From the NCBI RefSeq assembly GCF_964204645.1, contig NC_134031.1, positions 11,162,088-11,226,087 of the forward strand: a stretch of DNA of 64,000 nucleotides. The letters run 5' to 3'. The notes under the pieces were generated by a model, which was given only the letters and a program-made list of their open reading frames with translations, did no database searches and was not told the DNA's origin. Positions 34,719 through 46,959 of the stretch are shown piece by piece. Each line of letters begins with the position of its first letter. Within the stretch, counting starts at the first letter, position 1. Both the position numbers and the translations under genes were made by a program. The DNA comes from Tubulanus polymorphus (Eukaryota; Animalia; Nemertea).

Positions 34719-34985
34719 AGTAATAGGGGTAATAGGCTTTCAGATCAAAGGTCGAACGGTCGAGCTCGTAAAAAATGAAAAAACATGAAAATAATAACAA
34801 TTTCTACTTGAATTACTCGCAAAACTCATAAAAATGAAAAATAAATTCTCACACGCTCGAATTTATTTTTCATTTTATGAGTTTCACTCCTAATTCAAGT
34901 AGAAATTGTTATTATTTTTATGTTTTTCATTTTTACTCACCCACCCGTTCAACCTTTAACCCGAAAGCCTATTACCCCTATTACT
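34719..34985. repeat. Right-terminal 267 bp imperfect hairpin of copy B
   Basis: AGTAATAGGGG...CCCCTATTACT; homologous to 14652-14918. Confidence 0.95.
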
Positions 34986-35065
34986 CTTAAAATATTCACA
35001 TATATGAATAACATTTAAATCATTGAACTTCTAAAATCAATTTTAATAAAAAATATAGTATTAAA

Positions 35066-35317
35066 ATGGAAGCAAATAAGTACTACTGCCCAACATGTAA
35101 TATCGATATAGATAAATCCCAAAAAGCAAGACACAATAAAACTAGAACACATTTAGAGAATAAATTGAAACTAGAATATTTACAGTTATATTCAGAACAG
35201 TTAACAAAGGGAAAGAAATTTATTGAATTATGGAATAATGATCCAAATAATGAACAATACGTTGAGGAATTTGATATCAAGGAATCGAAAGAACTTATCA
35301 AAAGCAGCGAGGAATGA
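35066..35317 (+). CDS. Small C2H2 zinc-finger protein
   Basis: 83 aa; homologue of 14335-14571. Confidence 0.65.
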   Translation: MEANKYYCPTCNIDIDKSQKARHNKTRTHLENKLKLEYLQLYSEQLTKGKKFIELWNNDPNNEQYVEEFDIKESKELIKSSEE

Positions 35318-35396
35318 AAAAGGATGACGTTGGTCGAAGAAATGGAAGAGGATTCTAAAATTATTAACCAATTTAGTAAAAAAATACGTATAATAA

Positions 35397-36071
35397 ATGG
35401 AACCAGAACAACCACAAACTATCAATATTACAAATAACACTGGCGTTATAAACATATATTACAAAAAGTGTTCTAAATGTGAATTAGATAAATCATTAAC
35501 AGAATTTAGTAAGCGCAAGACTAGCAAAGATGGTTTTCAATATTGCTGCAAAACTTGTTTTAAACTATATACCAAACAATACCGAGAAGATAATAGAGAA
35601 TCTTATAATGATTATATGACAGAATATATGAGAGGAAGATATCAAACAGATCTTAATTTTAGATTGAAACAATGTTTACGGTCTAGATTAACACAATTAT
35701 TCAACAAAGAAACACATTCAGAAACACTATCTAATTTATTGGGTTGTTCAGATGAATTTCTCAAATCATGGATAATATTTCAATTCGATGATATAATGAA
35801 TATAGATAATTATGGGGATTATTACCATATTGATCACGTGTTACCAATATCTAAATTTAACATGAATGATGAATACAATAAAAAACTTATTTGGGGTTGG
35901 AAAAATTTAAGACCTTTAGAAAAGAAAGAAAATCAAATCAAATCTAATAAACTAGATTTACAGTTATATTCAGAACAGTTAACAAAAGCAAAGAAATTTA
36001 TTGATCAATGGAATAATAATCCAAATAATGAACGATACGTTGAGGAATTTGATATCAAGGATCCGAAATGA
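35397..36071 (+). CDS. HNH-type endonuclease with C4 zinc finger
   Basis: CSKC..CCKTC; HIDHVLP...NLRPL...EN. Confidence 0.78.
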   Translation: MEPEQPQTINITNNTGVINIYYKKCSKCELDKSLTEFSKRKTSKDGFQYCCKTCFKLYTKQYREDNRESYNDYMTEYMRGRYQTDLNFRLKQCLRSRLTQLFNKETHSETLSNLLGCSDEFLKSWIIFQFDDIMNIDNYGDYYHIDHVLPISKFNMNDEYNKKLIWGWKNLRPLEKKENQIKSNKLDLQLYSEQLTKAKKFIDQWNNNPNNERYVEEFDIKDPK

Positions 36072-36400
36072 CTTATCTGGACAGTTATAACTACTGCTCC
36101 TAATAGATAAACAAAAGTAGTGAGATGGTGCCGTACGGCACCCACATGGTGATATCAAATAGAATTTAAATAAAATATAATAAAAATTACATACCTTCAA
36201 CTAGCTTGTGAATTCTATTATATTTTTAATATTTTCTTTTCAAAAGAGAATACTTTATATTTTGAATAGATTCAAATAGATATTCTTTAAATTCAAATAG
36301 CTAGTATCAGTAGTCAATACTAGAGTTCTTTAACTTTAACTATCTAGTATCATTTGAAGAATACTTATAATACTATTCTTATTAAATTTCTCTAATATAA

Positions 36401-37009
36401 ATGTCAAAGAAATCTAATAAGAATAGTATTGATATTGAAAAGACATTAGATGATTTAGGTATTAGTGATAATAAAGATACAGTTGTTTCTAATTCTATTC
36501 AAGTTAATAACAATATTGATTATGAATACTATTTATATTGTAAGCATAGGTAGCATCTTCAATTATTAATTGCTGGCGGGAAATCTAAGGATTTCTTAGG
36601 AAAAATTTTAACTTATCAAGAACTAGATGCTATGAAACCCGATAAAGTAATAAAATATTTTAAGATTTATGAAGAAGCTAGATTAGCTAGAATAAATGAT
36701 TCTATTTCAGATGGTATTGTCAAATGTTATTCTAAGTTATGTAACCAGTTATTACCAATTGATGATGAAAATAAATTATATAGTGATTTGAAAAATGACT
36801 ACTTAGTTATGACTGAATTACAAAAATGGGTCGGTTATGCTTCATTTCAATTAGGATCGGTTATGACATTGATTTCTACTGGCGTCATAACATTTTCGAA
36901 TATCAAACCTATGGAATATAAATCAGGTAAGAACGAAACAGATGTACTACAACCAAACAGTGAAACAGAAAATGAATCAGAACAAAAATTAACTAAAATA
37001 AATGAGTGA
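36401..37009 (+). pseudogene. Homologue of 10910-11512 with an inserted stop
   Basis: 6 bp longer than the copy A gene, with TAG at ~36551. Confidence 0.8.
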
Positions 37010-37412
37010 TGGAGTTAAGAAAAAGGCTAGATCCGAGAAACAAATTAAATGGGCAAGAGAATTAGGTAAAAGATCATCAGAATTAAAAAAAGCTAAGAAA
37101 AAGAAATTAACTGATATAAATGAATCACAGAAATTATCTGATGGTGCCGTACAGCACCCACACGGTGGTATTGATTCAAATAATAATCCATCTAATTCTT
37201 CTAATGCTGGAAGTAATTATAAATTATATATTACAATTGGATTAGTAACAGTTATTATATTATCCGGTGTAATATATAAATCAAAATTCAAATCTGATGA
37301 TAAAGATGATTCCGATGATCGGAAACTTAGTTATCCGTGTACAGACAATAAACCTATCATACCAGAAAATAAATCAAATGAAACTAAATCTAAATTATTA
37401 TTAATGGATTAA
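37002..37412 (+). CDS. Basic single-transmembrane protein
   Basis: Homologue of 10522-10917 with an extra 9 aa. Confidence 0.7.
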   Translation: MSDGVKKKARSEKQIKWARELGKRSSELKKAKKKKLTDINESQKLSDGAVQHPHGGIDSNNNPSNSSNAGSNYKLYITIGLVTVIILSGVIYKSKFKSDDKDDSDDRKLSYPCTDNKPIIPENKSNETKSKLLLMD

Positions 37413-37418
37413 AATAAG

Positions 37419-38436
37419 ATGAAAAAAGAACAATATTTAAGAGCGTTATATTACAACCCAGAAAGTGAAGTATCATTTTCTAACGTTTCAGAATTATGGA
37501 ATAAAAATAAATCTGATAATAGCAATGGTGCCGTACGGCACCCACACGGTGATATAAAATATAGTGAATTAAAATCATGGTTACAAAATCAACCCACATA
37601 TCAAATTCATAAAAAGATGGATAAAAAATATTTAACAAGAAAAGTAATGGTTTCATATATTAACCAACAATGGCAAGCTGATTTAATTGACATGAAGAAC
37701 TTAGAAGAATATAACAAAGGATATTTTTGGATACTAAATGTTATAGATATATTCAGTAGATACGCATGGAGTATCCCGATTAAAAATAAAACTGGTATAG
37801 AAGTTACAAATTCTTTTAAATCTATATTTAAAGAAGCTATCCCAGATAAAATACAATTTGATGAAGGTAAGGAATTTTATAACAAACATTTTAAAAAACT
37901 ATTAACTGATAACGATGTAGAATATTTTTCAACACATTCAGATAAAAAAGCATCTGTTATAGAAAGATTTAATAAAACATTGAAAACTAGAATGTGGAAA
38001 TATTTTACTGCTAATGAAACATATAAATATATCGATGTGTTAGATGATTTAGTTAAAGGTTATAATAATTCTAAACATAATTCTATAAATATGAAACCTA
38101 TACAAGCTAGAAAAGAAGAAAATTCAGAAATAGTTTGGAATAATTTATATGGAGCATTTGTTACACATGATTTTGGAGAACCTAAATTTAAAATAGGACA
38201 ACATGTTAGAATTTCTAAATATCGAAAAACATTTTATAAAGGTTATACCCCTAATTTTACAGAAGAAATATTTAAAATTAAAAAGATAATATTAACTAAA
38301 CCATTTGTTTATAAATTGTTTGATTTAAAAGATGAAGAAATATTAGGTTATTTCTATGAACAAGAATTATCACTTGTACCAAATCCAGATGAAATAGAAT
38401 ACAAAATAGAAAAGGTATTGAAAACAAAAACTCTAA
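37419..38436 (+). pseudogene. rve integrase, 3'-truncated
   Basis: Homologue of 9430-10518; homology stops at ~38436. Confidence 0.9.
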
Positions 38437-38588
38437 AGCAGGACCCGCGAAAAAATGACCATTTCGTTTCGTAGTTTAGCATTTCGTATAGTATTTCGTT
38501 TCGTACTTTAGCATTTCTTAATTTCGTTTTGCATTTCGTAATTTCGTTGCATATTTCTTAATTTCGTAGTCGTACTTTAGAAGTACCC
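38437..38588. repeat. TTTCGTA-repeat interspersed element at the copy B breakpoint
   Basis: Related to 21988-22157. Confidence 0.65.
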
Positions 38589-39802
38589 AGAAATTCATTG
38601 CCTTTTTGAAAATTCTATAATGATATTTGTTCTGTCCTAACTTTTATTACTGTTCGAACCAATGTATGCTTTGAAAATATGATGTAATTAAATAAATTTG
38701 AATTTGAATTAAATTTGAATATGAGAATCAAGCATAACTTTTGTTTTTTTAACTTGTCTCTTGTTAACAGTTCCAGAGTTTCAATTACAATCAAATCCAA
38801 ATTGGCTAAAAAGTACATAGGACTAAAGGAAATGAACTGTTAGTCACTGCAAACCTATTCCAGTGTTATGTCGATCGTGTTGAATCACTTTGCTTGAGTT
38901 GAAAGAATCAGATATTCTATGGTGCAACATCGGTCGAAGAGATATATCTTGGTGTTGACTGTCCCTTGACCATTTAACTTCATGTGTTTATTGTACATTG
39001 GAATCAGCATCATACCCATTTGAACTGCAAAATATTCATACAACATGAAAACCTACAGTACATGTATACAGTAATCAAACTTTCACCGATGTTGGATATT
39101 TGAATGAAATGTACAGTCACGTAGTCCGTACGGGCAACAACTTCGTACTTAAAATGGTATTGGCTACTAGGAACTCACGTACGGCGTTAGTAGGGAACTC
39201 ACGTACGGTTAACCTGTGGAGATCACCGTACAGTCACGGACGGTTCACCCAGTCCTGAGAATGGCCGGTTCGCGGAGCTCCGTATACTGCCTATACTAAA
39301 GAGCTCGCGTGAACCACCCACGCGCTAGCGATATACCTGTCGTAGCTCGGTCCCGATTGACCGAGATTGCCCTCTGATCAATCTTAGGGCGGGAGAGCCG
39401 ACGAACAAATACCGTACTCCACTCCTCACCTACGCTCCGGATCCGCAGGATGCTGTCGCGACAATCTTCTCCAAGACTTTTCCTCGATCCAACGAACATA
39501 AGGAATCCTCGTCCGACCCTGCAGAGCAATCAACACATAGATTGTAATATCATGCCACAGTTTATTTCATCGTACTTCACCCCATGTCACTACGAGGACG
39601 ACTCACTTTCCCCTTACAATTATCTACAATCACTCTCAGTATTACACTCAACATTCTAACAAATACCTTTCACAACACATCAAAATCACCCCAATTACTA
39701 TTACGTTTTACTCACCCACGATTCATCTAATCTTATCAAGCAACAGAACTAAGTTGCTATATAACAAAGGTGACACAGACTACATACATACAAACCACAA
39801 AT

Positions 39803-40103
39803 CAGTGGCGGATCCAGAGGCATAGTATGACTACCGCAATTCGGCAACCGAGTGCCGAAGGCACGAGATGTGCAATACGAGTACGGGGGGTTTGGGGGTC
39901 CTCCCCCAGATAATTTTGAATAATTTAAAGGGCTGAGATGACATTTCCTGGGTTTTGGAAGAGAAAAATCCTGTTTTAATGTGGGTACTTTTTCCAAGGA
40001 ATCAGCTAAGTCAAGTCCATCCATGAAATAAATAAAATGTTGATAGAGGAACAATGTTGACTACCGCATTAGCGGCAAGTGCGGTAGGCTAAATCCGCCA
40101 CTG
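39803..40103. mobile_element. MITE with CAGTGGCGGAT terminal inverted repeats
   Basis: CAGTGGCGGAT...ATCCGCCACTG flanked by CAAAT on both sides. Confidence 0.8.
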
Positions 40104-40563
40104 CAAATAATCAACAGCGCCCTCTGGATAGCGCTCAGCGCGGGAAAATCTATCATCAATAACTTCCCCTAAACATGCCATTTAATTACCCCAAACACCC
40201 TGACAATCAACAATTCGAAGCCCGAGCACATCGTAGTATACTTTAAAATAGATACATGTAGAAGATTAAACTAATTTACCTGCAGAGAAATCAACACATA
40301 GATTGTAATATCATGCCACAGTTTATTTCATCGTACTTCACCCCATGTCACTACGAGGACGACTCACTTTCCCCTTACAATTATTTACAATCACTCTCAG
40401 TATTACACTCAACATTCTAACAAATACCTTTCACAACACATCAAAATCACCCCAATTACTATTACGTTTTACTCACCCACGATTCATCTAATCTTATCAA
40501 GCAACAGAACTAAGTTACTATATAACAAAGGTGACACAGACTACATACATACAAACCACAAAT

Positions 40564-40865
40564 CAGTGGCGGATCCAGAGGCATAGTATGACTACCGCAT
40601 TTCGGCAACCGAGTGCCGAAGGCACGAGATGTGCAATTCGAGTACGGGGGGTTTGGGGGTCCTCCCCCAGATAATTTTGAATAATTTAAAGGGCTGAGAT
40701 GACATTTCCTGGGTTTTGGAAGAGAAAAATCCTGTTTTACTGTGGGTACTTTTTTCCAAGGAATCAGCTAAGTCAAGTCCATCCATGAAATAAATAAAAT
40801 GTTGATAGAGGAACAATGTTGACTACCGCATTAGCGGCAAGTGCGGTAGGCTAAATCCGCCACTG
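40564..40865. mobile_element. Duplicate of the MITE at 39803-40103
   Basis: Same termini and flanks within the second tandem unit. Confidence 0.8.
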
Positions 40866-42401
40866 CAAATAATCAACAGCGCCCTCTGGATAGCGCTCAG
40901 CGCGGGAAAATCTATCATCAATAACTTCCCCTAAACATGCCATTTGATTACCCCAAACACCCTGACAATCAACAATTCGAAGCCCGAGCACATCGTAGTA
41001 TACTTTTAAATAGATACATGTAGAAGATTAAACTAATTTACCTGCAGAGAAATCCACACATAGATTGTAATATCATGCCACAGTTTATTTCATCGTACTT
41101 CACCCCATATCACTACGAGGACGACTGACGATACAGGTCTCCAAGGACGCCAACTCCATTTGGTGGCGTCACTTGCCAGACCCATAAAATGACTGCGGCA
41201 CGGAAGTCGGAGTTATAAGTCGACTCCGGCAAAATCCACTACGACATACCACTGACACTACTACTGATCACTCATTGCAACCACGATTCTATCTCTAATG
41301 GTTAAAGAGCTAGGCGCAAAAATCTCATTGAAAAATTTGGGGTCCCATTTTCGAGCCCGTAAAGCCCAAACGGTTAATCGCAGATAGGGCGTGCCATTGA
41401 CTTTTTTAGCCTCCGGGCTGTTATGAACAACTTTCGTGCTCGGCCGAAGCGGAAAACTCGGACAAAAATGTTTCTCATACAGTAACTTTTTAATGTCAGA
41501 ATTTTCAAAAGTAAAACGCCCTCTGGTTGGTGAACGGGGTCTCCAGTCAAAGATCCCTTCGACTTACTTCAAGGTACCTGTGTTCCGTACGTCTCACAAA
41601 AGTTTCAAGTAAATCCGTCACGGAATATTGTAATGCTACCAGAATATAGTCATCCAGGCTCTCGCGTCTAGATAGCTGCATTCATTAGCTCTATCCAGGG
41701 AAGTTACTGCAAGGATGCTATTGCTTGTATGCAAAAATTCCTCAGTTGCGTTCACTCGAGACTGACCTCATTCAGTGCGCCACAAATATAGTAGCAGAGA
41801 TAAAAATACTAAAAAACTACAGATCTAGTACACAGCTCTATCACTGCTTATAGGGACACTGACACAAACACACGTACTGACGCGCTGTGGGAATAAGACA
41901 CGTAGGCAATATTTGATTTGATTTGATTTGATTTATTTGATGATTATCATGATACAAATATAAATACATAATTGTTACAAAATGTTTATGTATAATGCAT
42001 GACAATCATCAGGACCTCGGAAATCATTAAGTGATTGTCAAGCCGAGGCCCTGGAGCAAATAACAAAAAAATGCAATTATGAAAAGAAGGAACATTGAGA
42101 ATGATGGAATGATACTATTTGGATAATGAGAAGGATGCAAAATTTTACGTTATAGCATAAACTAGTCATCGGATTAATTGATGGTAGACTGTTATTGATT
42201 TATTAACGGGATAATTTAAGAAGAATAGAAAAGTCCTCCCATTTCGACGAATGAGATATAATCCCTAAAAAGATAAGCATTTCTGCATAAAATAAATTTC
42301 TACACATTTATAGTATTTTGGTTTGCTCAAGATTTTAGATGTTGATTAATAGGTTGACATGAGTTGCTTCTTGAGATTGTGCTTGAAACTATAAAGAGAT
42401 G

Positions 42402-42551
42402 TGTTACAATATGTATATCTAATTGTATTTTGTACCGCCAGATGGCGCTTGAGAATTACTTTATAAAATGGTGGTTGCTTAGAATAAACGTGTTCAAATT
42501 AATCTCTCTCGTTTTGACTGATTTAATTGATATAGAGGACGACACGAAACA
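42402..42551 (+). repeat. 5' LTR
   Basis: Appears identical to 46810-46959. Confidence 0.97.
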
Positions 42552-42566
42552 TGGTGGCAGCGGTGG
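42552..42566 (+). promoter_or_regulatory. Primer-binding site, probably tRNA-Leu
   Basis: TGGTGGCAGCGGTGG directly after the 5' LTR. Confidence 0.75.
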
Positions 42567-42664
42567 CCCACAATTAAGTGATCTAACGAGGGCACAGTGA
42601 ATGTTTTGAGGACGTTTGATCCGAGTTTTGTTGCTTTACTGAGGATTATCAGAGAACAGACAGC

Positions 42665-45600
42665 ATGTCTAACGAAAACGTGTTGCCGCCCGCACCGAGA
42701 CCCGTTGCCGGGATAAATCCACCAAAACCGCTTGAAATGGGAGATAATGTGGCGGAAAATTGGAAGCTATGAAAACAGCAATGGGACATTTACAACATCG
42801 TAAGCAATTTACGCGCGCAAAGTGGTGAGTACCGTACCGCTTTATTTCTGCATTCGGTCGGGACGGAGGCTCTCAAGATTTATAACGGAATGAATTTCGA
42901 AAATGCAGGTGACGAGAATGATGTGGGTAAGATAATTCCAAAGTTTGATGACTTTACGGTCGGCGAGATAAACGTTACGTACGAACGCTACATATTTAAT
43001 TCGAGGAATAAAAAGGCGGATGAGTCAGTGGATAAGTACGTCTCAGATTTGAGGACGCTGGCCCGGACGTGCGATTTTAGTGATTTAGCTGACTCGTTGA
43101 TAAAAGATAGAATTGTTCTTGGTATAGATGATAGTGACGTGCGGAAGAAGTTGCTCGAAACGAAAGAGTTAAACTTGTCTACGTGTATCAATATTTGCCG
43201 CGCTGCAGAATCATCCAGCAGACAATTGAAATCTATGTCAGCAGACGCTAGTTGTACTGTTAACAAGGTCAATGGGAGCGACCAGACGAAGAAGAATTTT
43301 AGTGGCGCCAAAACAACCGCTTCTAGGAATTATCGGTCTCGTAATTCCGGCGGGAGAGGAGAACCAATGAACTGTCGTTATTGTGGCGCTCAACACCCAC
43401 GTGATCGCGCATTTTGCTCAGCGTGGGGAAAGACCTGCAACAACTGCGGATTGAGCAATCATTTCGCGTCTGTGTGTAAACAACCTAAGGGGCGAAAGGT
43501 CAACAGAATCGAGCAATCAGACGACGACTCGGAGTACGAATCGATACAAAACGTATATTCCGATAAGAACTGTGTAAAAAATGACATTTATGCTGAAATG
43601 TCAATCGGAGGGCGATCGATCCGTTTTCAAATTGACTCGGGGGCTTCGGCAAATTTGATTCCGATTAAGTACGTAAAGAACATCAAGGAAATTCGGCCTA
43701 CAACGAAGAAGCTCAAGATGTGGAACAATAGTGTTCTGAACCCCGTTGGTAAAATTAGACTAGCTGTGGTCAACATGCATAACAAGAGACGATATTCATT
43801 AGAATTTATTGTAGTCAATGAACGATTAACACCCATAATCGGGTCTCAATCTGCACAGTTGATGCAGTTGATAACGGTTAATAATAATAATTTTTTGAGA
43901 GTTAATCAAATCGAAGGTCAGTCCCCTGAGGTAAATTCTATTTTATCAGAGTATGAAGATGTTTTTCGGAAAGAAGTGGGTACACTTCCAGGGGTTGTTC
44001 ATTTGAACGTAGATCGAAATGCAGTTCCGGCAGTTATGCCTATTAGACGTATACCTCATGCCCTGAAGAATAGGGTAAAATTGAAGATTGACAGTTTAGT
44101 AAACAATGGTGTATTAGCCAGTGTAGACGAACCTACACCGTGGGTAAATTGCCCTGTTATTGCCGAGAAGAAGTCGGGAGATGTAAGACTGTGTCTAGAC
44201 CCACAGCAATTAAATAAATATTTAATGAGAGAAAGATACCCCATACCTGTACTGGAAGATATTTTACCTGACATGAAAGATGCGAAAGTTTTCAGTAAAT
44301 TCGATCTTAAGTCGGGGTATTGACATCTGCGCCTCGACGAAGAATCGAGCTTACTTACTACTTTCAACACTCCATATGGGAGGTATAGATGGCGCAGGTT
44401 GCCATTTGGGCTCAGTGTATCTGGTGAAATATTTCAGAAACATTTAAACCAAGCACTCGAAGGCTTGGAGGGCACCTACTGTATCCATGACGATATTATA
44501 CTTGTAGGAGTAGGGACAACTATTGAACAAGCCATAGCTGATCATAACAAAAAATTAAGGGCTCTTTTACAAAGATGTAGAGAAAAACAAATTGCTTTGA
44601 ACTTGGAAAAATTAGAATTGTTTAAGAAAGGAGTGCCATTTATTGGTCATAAACTAACAGATAACGGCCTAGAGGCGGACCAAAGTAAGATTGAAGCTAT
44701 TTTGAAAATGCCGGCGCCCACTGACGTGGCGGGCATACAGCGTATCAACGGCATGGTAAATTATCTCGCGAAGTTTTTACCTAATTTATCAGATGCTTTA
44801 GGTCCGCTTAGGAAGTTGACGCGTAAAGATACTGAGTGGTCTTGGGGTCCCGATCAAGAGTCGGCCTTTGCCAAGGTCAAAGAATTGGTTACGAAAACTC
44901 CGGTTTTGGCGTATTATGATCCCAATAAAGAGCTAACATTGCAGTGTGACAGCAGTCAATCTGGTCTGGGCGCGTCCCTGATGCAGAAAGGACGTCCAAT
45001 CGCCTATAGTAGCAGAGCATTAACTGACGCTGAAACGCGTTACGCGCAGATCGAAAAAGAAACTCTTGCTATTGTTTACGGCTTAGAAAAATTTAATACG
45101 TACACATATGGCCGCAAGGTTACAGTTGAAAGTGACCATAAACCTATCGAGGCTATAGTTAAAAAACCTTTGTCGCGCGCGCCTAAACGTTTGCAGGCTA
45201 TGTTACTTCGTGTCTATAAATATGATGTCGAGATAAAGTTCACTCCGGGGTCGAAGATGTTCATCGCGGACACCTTGTCTCGCGCATACCTAGATTCTGG
45301 ATCGGAGACAGCGGAGTTTGACAGTATCAATATGGTTCGGTATTTGCCAATTAGCGCTGCGCGTTTATCGGAGATTAGAGATGAAACCGATAAGGATGAT
45401 ACCATGCAGATATTGAAAGAAATTATTTTGAGAGGGTGGCCAGATGAGAGAAGTTCAGTGCCTACTGAAGTTACTCCATATTTCTCATTTAGAGATGAGT
45501 TGTCAATTCAGAACGGTATCATTTTTCGCGGGGAACGCGCTGTGATTCCCAAGTCGATGTATAACATTATAAAAGACAAAATTCACAGTTCACATCTTGG

Positions 45601-46639
45601 CATCGAATCCTGTTTACGTCGTGCCAGAGAATCGGTCTACTGGCCAGGTATGAACGCCCAGATGCGCGAATATATGTTGTCGTGTAGTTTATGTCGTGAG
45701 CATGACCAGGCCCAGTCCAAAGAGCCTATGCTGATCGAGACTCCCCCAGCTAATCGACCGTGGGAGAAGATCGGTGTCGACTTATTCAATTTGAAAGGGG
45801 AAGTTTATCTAATAACAGTAGATTATTTCAGCAATTTTTGGGAGGTAGATCGGTTGGTCAAGTCCACTAAATCGACTCCTGTCATAGCAAAACTTAAAGC
45901 TCATTTCGCACGATATGGCATTCCGGACATTATCATTTCCGATAATGGACCTCAGTTTGCCTCGAAAGAATTCCGTAAGTTTATGATTGATTGGGACATT
46001 CGGCATCGTCCTTTAAACCCGTATGACAGTAAGTCTAATGGACAGGCTGAGTCGGCGGTCAAGACCGCGAAAAGACTTCTTAAAAAAGCATATGAGGCGA
46101 AACGAGACCCCTATCTTGCGATACTCGATTTTAGAAACACGCCCACTCAGGGTTTAAATGTCAGTCCGGTCCAAAGGTTTATGAACAGAAGAACCAAGAC
46201 TATGATGCCAACGACGGCTAATCTATTACGGCCGAAAATTAGTTTATCAGACGGGTCCGAGAAAAAACGTAAGCAGGCCGAATATTTCAACCAATCGGCC
46301 AAGAACCTTAAACCGTTAGACGAAGGTGATATTGTTCGCATGAAACCATTTCCGGGGCATGGAACAAACTTAAAGGCGACGGTCACCGAACGCGTCGGAA
46401 ATCGCTCTTATCTTGTCGAAACTGGCGACAATAAAACGTACAGGCGCGCAAGACATCATCTCAGAAAGACCAACGAAACGACCGTTGAGCCGGCTGTAGA
46501 TTCTGATAATACAGTTGAAAACCGGCCTATATCGGAACCGGTAGCTAACGAGACATCCGTTTCAGATAGTCAAAATTTAAGTCGACCTGAAAGGCAACGT
46601 AGACCCCCTACCTATTTAACTGATTACGTGTGTAATTAA
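42665..46639 (+). pseudogene. gag-pol polyprotein (CCHC knuckles, protease, RT, RNase H, integrase) with two in-frame TGA codons
   Basis: IDSGA, IHDD, QCDSS, HHCC and DNGPQF motifs; TGA at 42770-42772 and 44321-44323. Confidence 0.93.
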
Positions 46640-46809
46640 CTCTGAAGAGAAACAGATATTAACCGCAATCTTGTAATGTTGTACTGAATCACATATAATA
46701 TTATGTATCATTTTAATTAGTTTTAGTAATTAGTTAGCTATATACATGTATGCATCTTTTGAAAGTAGTTTTAGGAAAACAAGTTCTTTTCTTTTTATAG
46801 GAAAAGGGA

Positions 46810-46959
46810 TGTTACAATATGTATATCTAATTGTATTTTGTACCGCCAGATGGCGCTTGAGAATTACTTTATAAAATGGTGGTTGCTTAGAATAAACGTG
46901 TTCAAATTAATCTCTCTCGTTTTGACTGATTTAATTGATATAGAGGACGACACGAAACA
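46810..46959 (+). repeat. 3' LTR
   Basis: Preceded by the PPT and followed by TSD AGATG. Confidence 0.97.

Larger units (their letters stand above)
34719..38436 (-). mobile_element. Polinton copy B: inverted right-end fragment, truncated in the integrase chromodomain
   Basis: Reverse-complement homologue of ~9525-14918, lacking the 12686-14368 insert. Confidence 0.93.
39531..41126. repeat. Near-identical tandem duplication, ~761 bp unit, about 2.1 copies
   Basis: Unit starts at ~39531, ~40292 and ~41054 (acacatagattgtaatatc). Confidence 0.92.
42402..46959 (+). mobile_element. Ty3/Gypsy LTR retrotransposon (Mag-like), full length
   Basis: 150 bp TG...CA LTRs, AGATG 5 bp TSD, PBS, PPT AGGAAAAGGGA, single gag-pol frame. 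Confidence 0.97.

Noticed and set aside
34609-34800. Short ORFs with ELDRSTFxLKAxYPY (also 49568-49765) as a protein family
   Set aside because: They are translations of the terminal hairpin arms.
39120-39530. GC-richer segment, possibly part of another element (also 41130-41900)
   Set aside because: No termini or protein motifs that I could identify.
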